Shown in pieces: positions 39,408-51,189 of a DNA stretch of 64,000 bases. The position numbers and the translations under genes are program-made. The stretch is from Welwitschia mirabilis (lineage: Eukaryota). A model generated the notes under the pieces. The model saw nothing but the letters and a program-made list of their open reading frames with translations, searched no databases and was not told the origin of the DNA. Positions within the stretch are counted from its first letter, which is position 1; each line of letters starts with the position of its first letter. The stretch lies in assembly GCA_051453625.1 (NCBI GenBank), contig JBOZIK010000001.1, positions 26,442,144 through 26,506,143 of the forward strand. The letters run 5' to 3'.

Positions 39408-40559
39408 CAAGGAGCTAGAGGATTATCACTCTAGATAAGTACCTTAGATTTTCATTTAATTAATTTATTTTAATAGTGGTATATTTTTGCTGTAGATTCA
39501 ATAGGTTTATTTTCTCTAATTTTTATTTCTCATAGCATTAATAAATCATGTTATCCTCTATTATCTAGATGACATGATGGATGACAATCAACAATTAGTT
39601 GTTTGTTCCCTATTTTTCTATGAAAAAAAAATTTATTTCTTGATAGCATAATAAAATATATGTTATCCTCTCTATTTCATAAATGATGAAGAGATGATTT
39701 TTAGTGCTATTTCTATGTTTCTTTTTCTGCATTTCATTATTTTTTGCTTTTATAAAATATCTATTCATCATCTTTCGTATCATCTAGATGACTAATAAGA
39801 TGATGTCGATCGTGTGTCCTTTTTTTTTTTTTAAGTATTAAGGATCTAAACAATTTTAGTAAAAAAATAAACTATTAGAAGAGTAGAACTTGATTTTCAT
39901 CTTATACTTATCTTCTCTACCATCTTAATTAATTCTTCTTGATTTCATCTCTGTCTTCTATGTCTATGAATAGTGATAAAACGATCCTTTAAGAAATTCT
40001 TTATGAAAGGAGAAGAAACTTGAGAATTTTTAAGAAAATAATAAAATACCACTTCAAGAAATTATTACAGAAAAAGACAAAATAATATCAAATGATGTTA
40101 AGTCTAATATTAAGACAGTGCACTGACAAAAGCATAATATTAAGTCATATAGTGTGTCAACCATAAAAACATGTGCTAATAAGAAATAATGAGAGAAAAT
40201 ATTAAATAACAAATATGTTTGCCAAAATATTAAAGAGGANNNNNNNNNNNNNNNNNNNNNNNNNNNNNNNNNNNNNNNNNNNNNNNNNNNNNNNNNNNNN
40301 NNNNNNNNNNNNNNNNNNNNNNNNNNNNNNNNNNNNNNNTGCCAAAACATTAAAGAGGAATTATCAATAATACTAATGACAATCATGAATCCAATCCAAA
40401 ACCTCATAATCAAGAATTCCAAACCCAGTAGAGTGTCCTCATACTAAAAGATGTAGTGCCCAACTGAAACTCAATTATTTTACATTGTTTTGCCAATATA
40501 TATCCCCATTTTTAGACATTAGAAAAATCTCTAATCATTAAGAGTTAAATCACTTGTAT

Positions 40560-42230
40560 AATCCTCACCTTAGCCTTCTTTGTCAATGTTATTATTGTCA
40601 TGTGTGCTAGAGGTCAACTGGGTATAGAATGATGAGGAAGTGGGAGGTGAAGTATGTCTCTTCCTAAAGCGGTGCTATAATGGCTTACTAAGAATCTTAA
40701 AGACCTATATTCTTATGTTTGAGAAGTGATAAAAATCCTAAGAAAATTGATAGTATTGGCCTCTGAAAAGGATGGTGGTAACTACATAGATGAAAGTGGT
40801 TCTATCTAAATAGGTTTGAAGGTGATGATGATGGTGGACACACTAGAGGTGGAGAAGGTATAGGTGATGATTATAGTGGCTATGTAGGATGGTGAAATGA
40901 AATCTTATGATGAAGACTATGGAAGATAAAAAGTGATGCATCTGATCTCTCAGACTTTATCTTCTGTTGTGCCTATGTCTATTGTAAAGTATCTAAATCC
41001 TATTACTTTTCTTGTGCATATGCCTCTATGGGAGTTTAGTACTTCCCTTAAGCTTGTGCATCATCTTCATAAGACTCCTCTAAGGATTCACTATCTCTTG
41101 ACCTGCCTGAGTTATAACCTATGCTAATTGGGGCTAAAGGCCTTGCTTTTCTTCTTCTTCTGAATCTTCCTTTGAGTCTGATGATGTGGAAGTCCTCATG
41201 GATCCCTAACTATTTACCAGTGCTTCACCCTCGCTTACTATGACTCTGTGTTTTCTAAGTCTTAAAAGATTTATTTCAATTTTATCCACCAATTTTTAAT
41301 GGCCTTTTAAACCTTTTTTTACTAAGAAAGAGCTATGAGTAGTAGTAGAAAATAAACGCTAATACCATGGTGTTCTTCTACTTATGCCTTTACCTAGTGG
41401 CATTAGTACTCTTTATTTTTTATTAGATTTTGCCAATGGTTTCATTTAATGGATGAGGTTAACTTGTAATACTAAAATATCTGAACTACTAATAATAAAA
41501 TTAATAAAATAATGGTAACCAAAATTCTGCCCCTTATGAAAAAACAAGATGATATCCATGCATGGAACAAAACTGAGATCAATATATAAACCATTTAGTG
41601 AATAATATATAATGAATATCTACATTAATTTATAATAATTGTAATTACCTTATCTAATCAAAATGTTATATTAATTTATCAAAATAAGAATTAATACATC
41701 TTATACCATATCCTTTCTCTTAATATTTCTTAATAAAGTTTATTCTACTATGCCCAAATAAAACATTACTCATACTATGTTAAGACACACTAACAACTCT
41801 AGAATTGAATATTTATTTAAAGAAATAAGTGTAAATCTAAGGAATATTAATATCATCTATACTAAGTAATGAATTTACAAAACTTAAAAAAATTTGAAAA
41901 TTTTTACCTCTAACCTAATTTTAAAATGCATTCATGTTATCATCAATCTCATGAATATTAGCATAGAACTCTCTTATAACTTGATCTGATTTAGGCTGAA
42001 CTAGTTACATGATTATTTGTTGTCTGAGCTAAATGAAGTAACTCATAATCTAGTCTCTATTCTACTTCTAAAATCCAAGAGTTATCTCTATAATAATAGA
42101 ATTTTTGGACCATGTTCTAAATCTTCTTTCTATTGCCTCATGATAAAAATATGATTCATATTAAGATCTATGATGTTCTAAGGCTTGTTACTTTTTTCTA
42201 GATGTTCCTACTACCTTTTTTCTAGCATTT
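40560..42230 (-). pseudogene. env-like / putative plant transposon protein ORF (Transposase_32-like)
   Basis: 41980 to 41890 reads VIREFYANIHEIDDNMNAF*N*VRGKNFQI, matching the LVREFYAN...VRG signature of the extra ORF of plant SIRE/Athila elements. Pro/His/Ser-rich C-terminal part. Confidence 0.65.
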
Positions 42231-43222
42231 TTTGTGAGATAGAATGAGAAAATAATAAAATATTAACTAAAATATGACAAATATAAAAAATGATTTCTTG
42301 GTTCAAAAGAAAGACCTATTTATTACCTACTATTAAGATGTCTCAAAAATCTAAGACATCTTGCTAGAGAAATCTAAGAAAAAGAAGACTGGAAAATCAC
42401 TTGAGAGAGACACCTATTGAGTGAAGACTTGAAAACGAGATTTTTTGGTTCCTTTTACTATCAAAAAGGGTAAAAAATCTAGGTTCTTTTGCATTTGTAA
42501 TTTTTACAATATTATAGTCAAGACATCTACAAATTAAAATACATATAAAATGCAAAAAGTATACATCTATAAACCTCAAGATGTCTCTCATTAAAAAGTT
42601 TTCAATATATTTTCTTACTATCAAGATGTTTATAAAACTTAAGACATCTAATTTAAAAAGATAAAATAATGTACCTATCCTCTTAAGATGTCTACCAAAC
42701 TCAAGATGTTTGCTTTTAAGATGTCTACAAATCTTAAGATGTCTCCATTAGATATGTTTACAAAACTTAAGATGTCTATAATAAAAGTTCTAGATTTTTT
42801 GATGAGATCTATGACTAATATATATATATATATAATAATACATTAAAAAAGATATATATCACATACGTAATTTAATTTTAACTATACCAACTACTTCTAA
42901 TTACAATCTTAACTTATAAGATAGATACAATGTGAATTTAATAATTTAAAGAATATTACCTTTTTACATATCTAATTAGATAATGGTCAATATTTAAGTT
43001 CCTATATAGCTTCTCATATCTCTTCTTACCTTATGGTTTTTAGGTATTGTCATTAAGTAGATTAATAATATCTTGTATTGCCATGCCTTTACTATATCTC
43101 TTGTGCTCTATTGAGTCCTTCTCATTTTCATGTCTATGCTTTGCTTCTATAGTTTCTCTTAAAAGACATTTGAATTAATTTAAAGTACTTTATAAGGTAG
43201 TTTGTATTGGGAGTGCTAATTT

Positions 43223-44933
43223 TTATTTTGATACCCAAATGTTTCTTGATTTAGCTTGTACAAAATGATGTACCATTCTACTAGGCCTTTTGATCTTGTT
43301 AGTATAATATATATTTTTATACTTCATTGGACATTTGTAATAATAATAATCTTTTTTATAATAATAATAGAAAATAGTCTTATTTATAAACACTAAATGT
43401 TCATACCTTATCTTATAGTTCCATTTGTTATATAAAGAAGCTAAAGTACTAGTTGTGACTATATTGTATCCCAAGCTATTCTTGTCACTTGGATTTCTAC
43501 TTTGTTCAAGCATGATATTTAAAGTCTCTTTGCATTGTGTAAATACTTTAATTATTTTCTTTAAATTTGTAAGCTTGTATCTTACATTCTACAATTCATG
43601 TGTTAAACTACCAACCTTAGCTTTAAGAGCTGAGTTTTCATAGGATAAATTTTTACAAAAATCTTTTCTTATTTATATGCCTCTTCATAACTATAAAGTA
43701 GCTTTTTCATTTTAGTGCATAATTTTTGTACATTAATAAATTATTCAAAGATTGTAATATATTTTTTTAATATTCACACTTAAATCATCTTCACTATTTA
43801 GATCATACTCTTCTTTGCTTTCATCATCTTCTTCTTAAAGATGTGCAATGGCCATGTATGGAGGATGTGCTTTCTCATTATTAGATGTTTCTTATTTTGT
43901 TATCTTTTCCTCATTATCCCATCCTACAAATAATTATTTCTTCTTATTTGGCTTTTTATTTTATTTTTTATCCTATAATATATCAGTATTAGGGCATTCA
44001 AGGCTATATGTCCTCATCCTTCTCATACCCAATATTCTACCTTCGAAATACTAAGAAAAGAAGCATTATTAGAAATACTTACCTTTTGACTTACATTTGT
44101 CTTAAAAACTAGATGGTTTTCTAAAGTCCTCCTTTTTATTGTATTTATGTACAAGAATTCTCTTTACTCTTTTTATAATGAAAGCAAGTTTCTCATTTTC
44201 ATCATCAAAGTTATCTTATTCCTTTATATTTTCTTTCAATCTTTGATTTGTGATTTGGCCTAACATAAGTGCAATAGGTTTTTCTTTTAATGCTTCATAT
44301 TGTATGAGATTAATTTTGTATGTTGTAAGAGTACTCTCTAGCTCTTCTATCTTCATTGTGTTGAAATTTCTAGATTCTTTCATAGCTATGGTCCTCAGCT
44401 TGTATTTGGAGGTTCGTGATTTAACAACTTTTTGTATTGCCTTTGCTTCTAGAAAATCTTCTTTAGTGCCTCATATAACATTCATGATGTTTAAAACTTT
44501 GGTAAAATACTCATGAATACTTTTTTCATAGTTCATCTTAAGATTCGTGAAATGATTTGTTTAAACTATAATCTTAGATTATTTCACAATAGACATGCCT
44601 TCATGTATTCCAACTACAAAATTCCAAATTTCTTGAATCATATTACAACATAATATTCTATTGGACTCTTTTGCAAATAAAGTGCATTTTTATATTTAGA
44701 GTAATACATGAAAGTAGCTTTTTCTTTGTCGACTAATCTTTCCTTTTCTTAATTTGAATAATGGTATTGCCTGCAACATTTGTAATAATCTTCATGAGAT
44801 TTGAGTATTCCTCTTCTATGCTCTACTATACTTAAAACTTAGAATACTATAAGTACACTTTCATCCTTATCTTTTAGTAGGCATATTTTATTCCATTAAA
44901 AAGCAAAGGTCTAATGGATGGCACATGTTCCAT
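43223..44933 (-). pseudogene. gag: Copia (SIRE-type) gag pseudogene
   Basis: MEHVPSIRPLLFNGIKYAY*KIRMKVYL at the start, decayed zinc knuckle at about 43990-44040, and C-terminal SRNPSDKNSLGY and NIWVSK (cf. DK.GLGY and IWVPK of SIRE gag). Confidence 0.8.
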
Positions 44934-44985
44934 TTATCACTCAAGGAAGTTACTTCTTTTCATGAGTACCCAATTTGATACCACT

Positions 44986-46484
44986 TAAGGATCATTTAAC
45001 TTACAAGAGAGGGATAAATGAATTCCACCAAATAAAATTTTAAATCAAATTACTAAATGAAAATGCATAATAAAAATGCCTTATCAAATAACATGACTTC
45101 CCAACCTAGGTATGTCCACATACAAAGTGTAGATTTTACTCACACCTTTAGATATTTTTAACCTACAAGAAATAGTATTTTTTTAGTGCACAACTAAGCT
45201 TACAACAAATGAGATTCTTGTTGCAAGGTAGTACTCTTTGCCCATTAAGGGAATGGTGGTTTTCATAGGTGCACCATGAATTTTTATAATAGTAAGAGTT
45301 TGCTTGCAAGGTAGCACTCTCTTCCTCATAAGGGAATAATGGTTTTTTGACTCACCAATAACCTTACATTAAATAAGTTCCTAAAAGTACAATCTCAATT
45401 ACACACCCTTATAAGGACTAACTTAAAAAGTATTTAGATGTTCAATAATGGACTTATAATTAATATTCAATAATAAGATAGTTCATAATATAAATCACAA
45501 GAATAAAAACAATAAAAATCCTAAAAGTATTGCTTTAATGATGATTTAAGATCCTTGATGATATTGTCATCATTACGAGTATGAATGAAGATAATAGAAA
45601 TGTAGATCTAAGATCAAAAGATGAAATCAATACAGTCTCCTTACTAATGATTCCTTGATTCTATGTGAGGAGTTACTTTCACTAATGCATTCATTGTTCT
45701 TAATCTGATCATTGTGTGCTAAGATTTAAATCTTAATATTCATTATAGTTTTAAAAGTTATTCTTTATTTTATGATGTTAAGGCTTTATACAGTTGAGAA
45801 AGATCTACTTATTTGAGCTTAAAAGGTAACCATTTGACTTTGTAACCACAGCATAATAGATAGAAAACATCTAGGCATTGGGCACATAAGTTTAATTTTA
45901 ATCAATATGAACTTTGATCCAAGATGTCTTTATTTTTATAGACATCTACTACTAATCAGATGTTTTTACCTTGTAGTTTTCTTTAGTCAAACTTACCTAG
46001 ATTTTAATGAATTTTTCCCTGTAATATCTTAGGCCTCTATAATCATGAATTCATGATGTACAAGCTCATAGCTAACCTAAAATCCAATATGTTAGTCAAA
46101 AATAAAATTAACTCTATTATCTATTTTGACTAGGTATAAATGTCTTTAAATATGTAGATCTCTTTATCTATGTTATATTAAACTTTCAACTTAGTCATCT
46201 TGAATATGATAGTTATCTTTTAGCCTATGACTTGATTTTAGTACATTCAAGATGTCTTCATCTTCCTAGACATCTTCACTTAAGATATCTTCACTCAAGA
46301 AATCTTTGATCTTTTAGACATCTTCAAATAATTAATCTTGCAGTTTTAGCATTTTATCCTTTTTATGAAATGTTATCTCTAAAGGTCCATCATAATCTAG
46401 CGTCTCTCAAGGTCTAATGTTTTAACCTATCTACACAATGATATAATTTGCCAGATGAAATCATCAAAACTAGATTTACCAATA
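44986..46484 (-). repeat. 5' LTR of copy B1
   Basis: Reverse complement starts TATTGGTAAATCTAGTTTTGATGAT. Collinear with 48851-50354 and 57833-59310. Confidence 0.8.
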
Positions 46485-48850
46485 GCACTAGTATGGACTT
46501 ATTTTTTTCCCATTATAATAAGGTTTTTTTGTTGTTCTAGTACCAAAAAGATTAATAGAGATATGGGATCTTAGTTTTCATTAGGCCAAAAAACATAAAG
46601 CAAGTGAAATTAATAGACATATAAGTTTGTTATCTTTGAATCCAAAGTGAAATATCTTACATTTGCCTATAAATTTTTGATAATTTTTCATTTATTTTGG
46701 AGGCTTTGATACTTTTTTTTATAATTTCTTAAAAATGACTCCATCCACTCATCATCAAATTAACATTGACAAATGATCCTCTCCTAATCACAACTTAGAC
46801 TAAATTCCATTACAATTAAATTTGTTATTAGACTAATTCTATTTTTCATAATATGGAATGAGTTATCATCCTAAGAATGAATTACGTAGTGTACTCAATC
46901 TCTGTGATACCCTAATAACTTCTCATAGTAATGTGCATAATCATTTTTTACAAATTGATTATAAGATATTAAGTACTTAAGACCTACATAAATTTAGGAA
47001 TTATGCCAAAAATACTCTCTAACAACTAAAAGACCTGTATCATAGCCTTAAAGATTTTTAAGATACCTTTAAATCACTATAGTATAGAGTAAAATCCATA
47101 ATTGAATAGAGGTAAGATAGTATTAAATATTTTATGATTGTATTTCTATAAGATTTTTAAAATATTTCTAGCTATGAAGCTATCTGATCAAATTTAAAGG
47201 AAGTGATGGCATCACATTTAATTATGTTTCAATGTTAGATGTAACATAGCCTCCCATACTTAGATATACATTTATCTATTCCTTTAATGTAGCTATGCTT
47301 AAATAAGATGTGGCATATTGACTTTAGATCATAAAAGAAAAGTATACACCTTAAAACATATACAAATCCTTAATTATTTAGAATATCATAATTAAGAAGA
47401 CTCTAATGATAAATGGTTGACTTGAAAAATTTAACCTTCACCTTACAATATAGATATCACATAAGTTTTCATCCTAGAAATTTACTATAGAACACATTCA
47501 CCATGTTAGAAACCTAGTTCCTTCTCTATCAAAGCTTATATGATCATCATGCTTCATACTTAGGAAAGAGTATTTCTCCAATACACATATAAGGTCTGTC
47601 TTGTCTTTTTGAAATACCTCTGGATAGTTCTCATAAGTAGTTTTATCTTACTTCTTTCTAGAAGCAGCAAATTCTATTTTAACTATTTTCATAAAGATGG
47701 ACTAGAAATTCAGTAAAATTATTCTTCACTATAAGAATGGATCTTTAACCAAATATGAGATCTTCTATAAGGGTTTTCCCATTTCTAAATCTTTATATCA
47801 TAGATAATTGTAGATATATTCAATCATATTAAATTAACTTCTAAATAATCAAATATTAAATTGAGTTCTATCATATATCCTTATATCTCCATTAGATGTA
47901 ATGTATCTAGAGTTTCTTAAAGTTACTCTGAACTTTCTAGGTAAGTTTTATTATTATAATCTAAGCTTAGGTCCATGAATTTCTTAACTCATGTTCTATT
48001 ATTTGCTTGGGTATTTTTACCTTCTCTTATGAATGAAGGGGAATTCTATTCTAATTCTTTGTACATGTCCATAGGAAATTATGCTTAATTTAATTCACTC
48101 TATTAAGCATAAATGATAAGGAAGATGAAACCATCATAGTATATAGGGGTTGGATACTTAAAACTGTCTGTAAGAGTATAAGCTTATCTGTAAAGGACAA
48201 AAACTTACCTTTTCATGTTGTAAGTCTATTCTTCATTTTATGTAGAGTTAATTACTAGAGGTTTATAGTTATGTAATCAAGAAAGAGTATTTGTCTAAGA
48301 TATGTAGCCAAAATGGTCTGTCTTCTTTAGCCAAGAATACATTAAATATAGTAATCTCTCTTATCTTGGTAATTGACTATGAAGATTCCTATATTTTTTA
48401 AATTAAGTTTAACCTTATGATTTTGTAAAATAAATTTTAAGGCACTCTTAATTCTTTTAATCTTCCAGAATAAGCACCTCAAAAAATATTGGGACTTCAT
48501 GCATGTATATTAAGATTTAGAAATTTCATGAAAATGAGGAAACTAACTTGATTTTTTTAAGGCATTTATTTATATTATATACCATTAAATAAAAAAGGTA
48601 TAGTAATAAGAAATTATCCTATCAAATACCCATTATTAGGTGGAAGTTCATGGAAGCTTTATGACCCAACTAGATTAGGAACCTATTGGTCTTAAGAATT
48701 AAATTAATAATCTTTTTAAACTAGTTTAAAAACCTTAAACTCTAGATAGTGAAATTTAAATAGTTATAATTAATCCTATTATATTACTTTAAGAGATCTA
48801 ATTTTAGCATGTAAATTACTTTCTCACTCTCTATAGCTAATGTAGAATCT
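46485..48850 (-). pseudogene. L1-type LINE ORF2, RT core and C-terminal part
   Basis: MLKLDLLK*Y (about 48810; cf. LKLDM.KAYD), GI**DNFLLLYLF (cf. GIRQGDPLSPYLF), and KGKFLSFTDKLILLQTVLSIQPLYTM (about 48135-48215; cf. WKGK.LS.AGR.IL..SVL...P.Y.M). Confidence 0.8.
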
Positions 48851-50354
48851 TAAGGATTGATTAAACTCAGAGGGGAGGAGTAAATGAATTCCATCAAATA
48901 AAATTATTTAAACTAATAACAAAAGTATATGAAAATGCATAATTAAAAACACCTTATTNNNNNNNNNNNNNCCCCAACCTAGGTACACCCACAGATAGAG
49001 GGTAGCTATCACTCACACCTCTGAATATTCTTGACCTATAATAGGCAGTGGGTTTTTGGCACATCATCAATCTTACAACAAATAAAAGTCTTCTCATAAT
49101 GTAGTACTCTCTTACCCTCAAGGGAATAGTATTTTTCATAGGTACATCATAAATATTTATAATAATTACCATCTCCTTACAAGATAACACTCTCTTACTC
49201 ACAAGGAAATAATAGTTTTCTAGCTTATCAATAATCTTACATCAAAAAAGTTCCTAAAAGAATAATGTTAAAAGAACACTTCTACAAGGGTTACCTTAAA
49301 AAGTATCTGATATCTAAGAAATTAAACTTTACAAAAATATTCAATAATAAGATAGTCCATAATTTAAACCAAAGTACAACATAACAACAAGCCTAAGGAT
49401 ATTACTTTGATGAAGATTTCACATCATTTAATTTGTTGTTATTGTTATAAGGATAAATGAAAAATGTAGGAATGTAGATCCAAGGTCAGATAATGAAAGT
49501 AATGCAAGCTTCTAGCTAATGAATCCTTTAATTTCTTTGTGATAAATGCCTCTACTCATGCATGTATATCTATAATGAAGTTCAAAAGTTCTTTCTTAGA
49601 TTTTTGATATCAAAGCTTTATAGAGTTAAAGAATATCTAGTCATTTAAGCTTAAATGATAGATGTTTGATTCTGTAACCATTGTTCTAGTCAATTAAGCT
49701 TGAATGATAGTTCTTTGATTCTATATCTATTTTGTAATGGATAGCTAATATTTATTCTTTAGGTGCATAACTTTGATTTTAATTAATTTGAACTTTGATC
49801 TAAGACATTTTTAATTTTATAGATGTCTTTGCTCTAGGCGTCTTTACTTTATAGACATCTCCAGTCAAATTACCTAAAGTTTAATGAATATTACTCTATA
49901 GTATTCTTGGATATTTTGATCATGATTTCATGATGTATAAGTTTAGAGCTCATCTGAAACATAAGATATTATTTGAAAATAATATTAACTTTATTACTTA
50001 TTTTAGCTTATTATAGATGTCTTCAAATACATAGACATCTTCATCTCTATCAAGTTCAACTTTTAGTTTAATCATGTTAAATATGGTAGTTGTCTTTTAG
50101 CCTATGATTAGATTCTAGTACATTCAAGATGTTTTTAAATTTTAAGATGTTTTCACTTGAGACATCTTCAATTTTTCACATGTCTTCAAATAATTGATTT
50201 TGTATTTTAGCATCTAATCCTTTTTTTGATGTGTTTCATCTAAAGATCTATCATGACATAGTATCTATTAAGATTTGATATTCCTATAATTCCCTATCTA
50301 CATAATGACAAAAAATATTTGATAAGTGGAATCATCAAAATTAGATTTTCCACA
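48851..50354 (-). repeat. 3' LTR of copy B2
   Basis: Reverse complement starts TGTGGAAAATCTAATTTTGATGAT directly after the PPT AAAAAGAGGGAGAT. Confidence 0.85.
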
Positions 50355-50368
50355 ATCTCCCTCTTTTT
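50355..50368 (-). other. Polypurine tract, SIRE type
   Basis: Minus strand CATCATCAAAAAGAGGGAGAT-TG (cf. CATCATCAAAAAGGGGGAGAT-TG). Confidence 0.85.
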
Positions 50369-51189
50369 GATGATGTTTAAACTTGGTAATTTCTATAAGT
50401 GCAATCTCATCTAATCAACTAAAATTAGACATATATACTCCATACAAAATACACATAATTACTAGTTGCAATAGTCATGATATAAGCCAGTTGAAATTTA
50501 AAAAAAAAAAGAAAATCATATAAATATTTATGCCACTTAAAGGACCATAATATGACATATTTAAGAAACTTGTGGACAACTTGATAAAATACACAAAAAT
50601 AGATGATAAATCATTGTATTCTCCATTCACATATGTATATAAAGAGTGAAGCATAAAAAGTGATAATCTATCCATTAAAATGTACTAATGATAATGTGTT
50701 GTATTTTGTATCATTAAGCTAAATTGTGTGCTAACACTATATTATATGAAATGTGATCATGCAAATGATAATTAATAAACATCGGAGTAAGTAAAACAAA
50801 TATGTTATTATCATATAAATCCATTTTAATCACTAGAAAATTAGATTATTGCATATTCAAAAGTGTCATTAAAAGCATATGTAAGCATAATATTAAGAAC
50901 GAGAAATGTATCAAACATTATACATGTATTAACAAGATGGAATGATAAAAAATGTCAAATAATACAAATGTATACCAAAACATTAAAGAGAAAACATTAA
51001 TATAAATGATAATAGTCATAGATCTAATCTAAAATCTCATAATCAAGAACTCAAATCCCAATAATGTGTCCTCAACCTAAAAGCTATTATTCCTAACTAA
51101 TCTTTCAATAATTTGCCATAAAATTCTCCCCATTTTTGGAAATTAAGAAAAAAATGCTTTAACCACTGAGAGCTAAATCACTCATGTAT

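Larger units (their letters stand above)
30378..40105 (+). mobile_element. Tandem array of pol-less family A units sharing LTRs
   Basis: 30378-31442 matches about 36855-37913, and 32720-33440 matches 39408-40105. The LTRs at 31443 and 37914 are each preceded by a PPT and followed by leader sequence. Confidence 0.75.
40106..46484 (-). mobile_element. Sirevirus-like Ty1/copia element lacking pol (copy B1); 3' LTR lost
   Basis: 5' LTR 44986-46484, PBS 44972-44983 (TGGTATCAAATT), copia gag, spacer, then VIREFYAN ORF. Collinear with about 50860-57600. Confidence 0.8.

Noticed and set aside
42816..42834. (TA)n microsatellite
   Set aside because: Short and unremarkable in AT-rich DNA.
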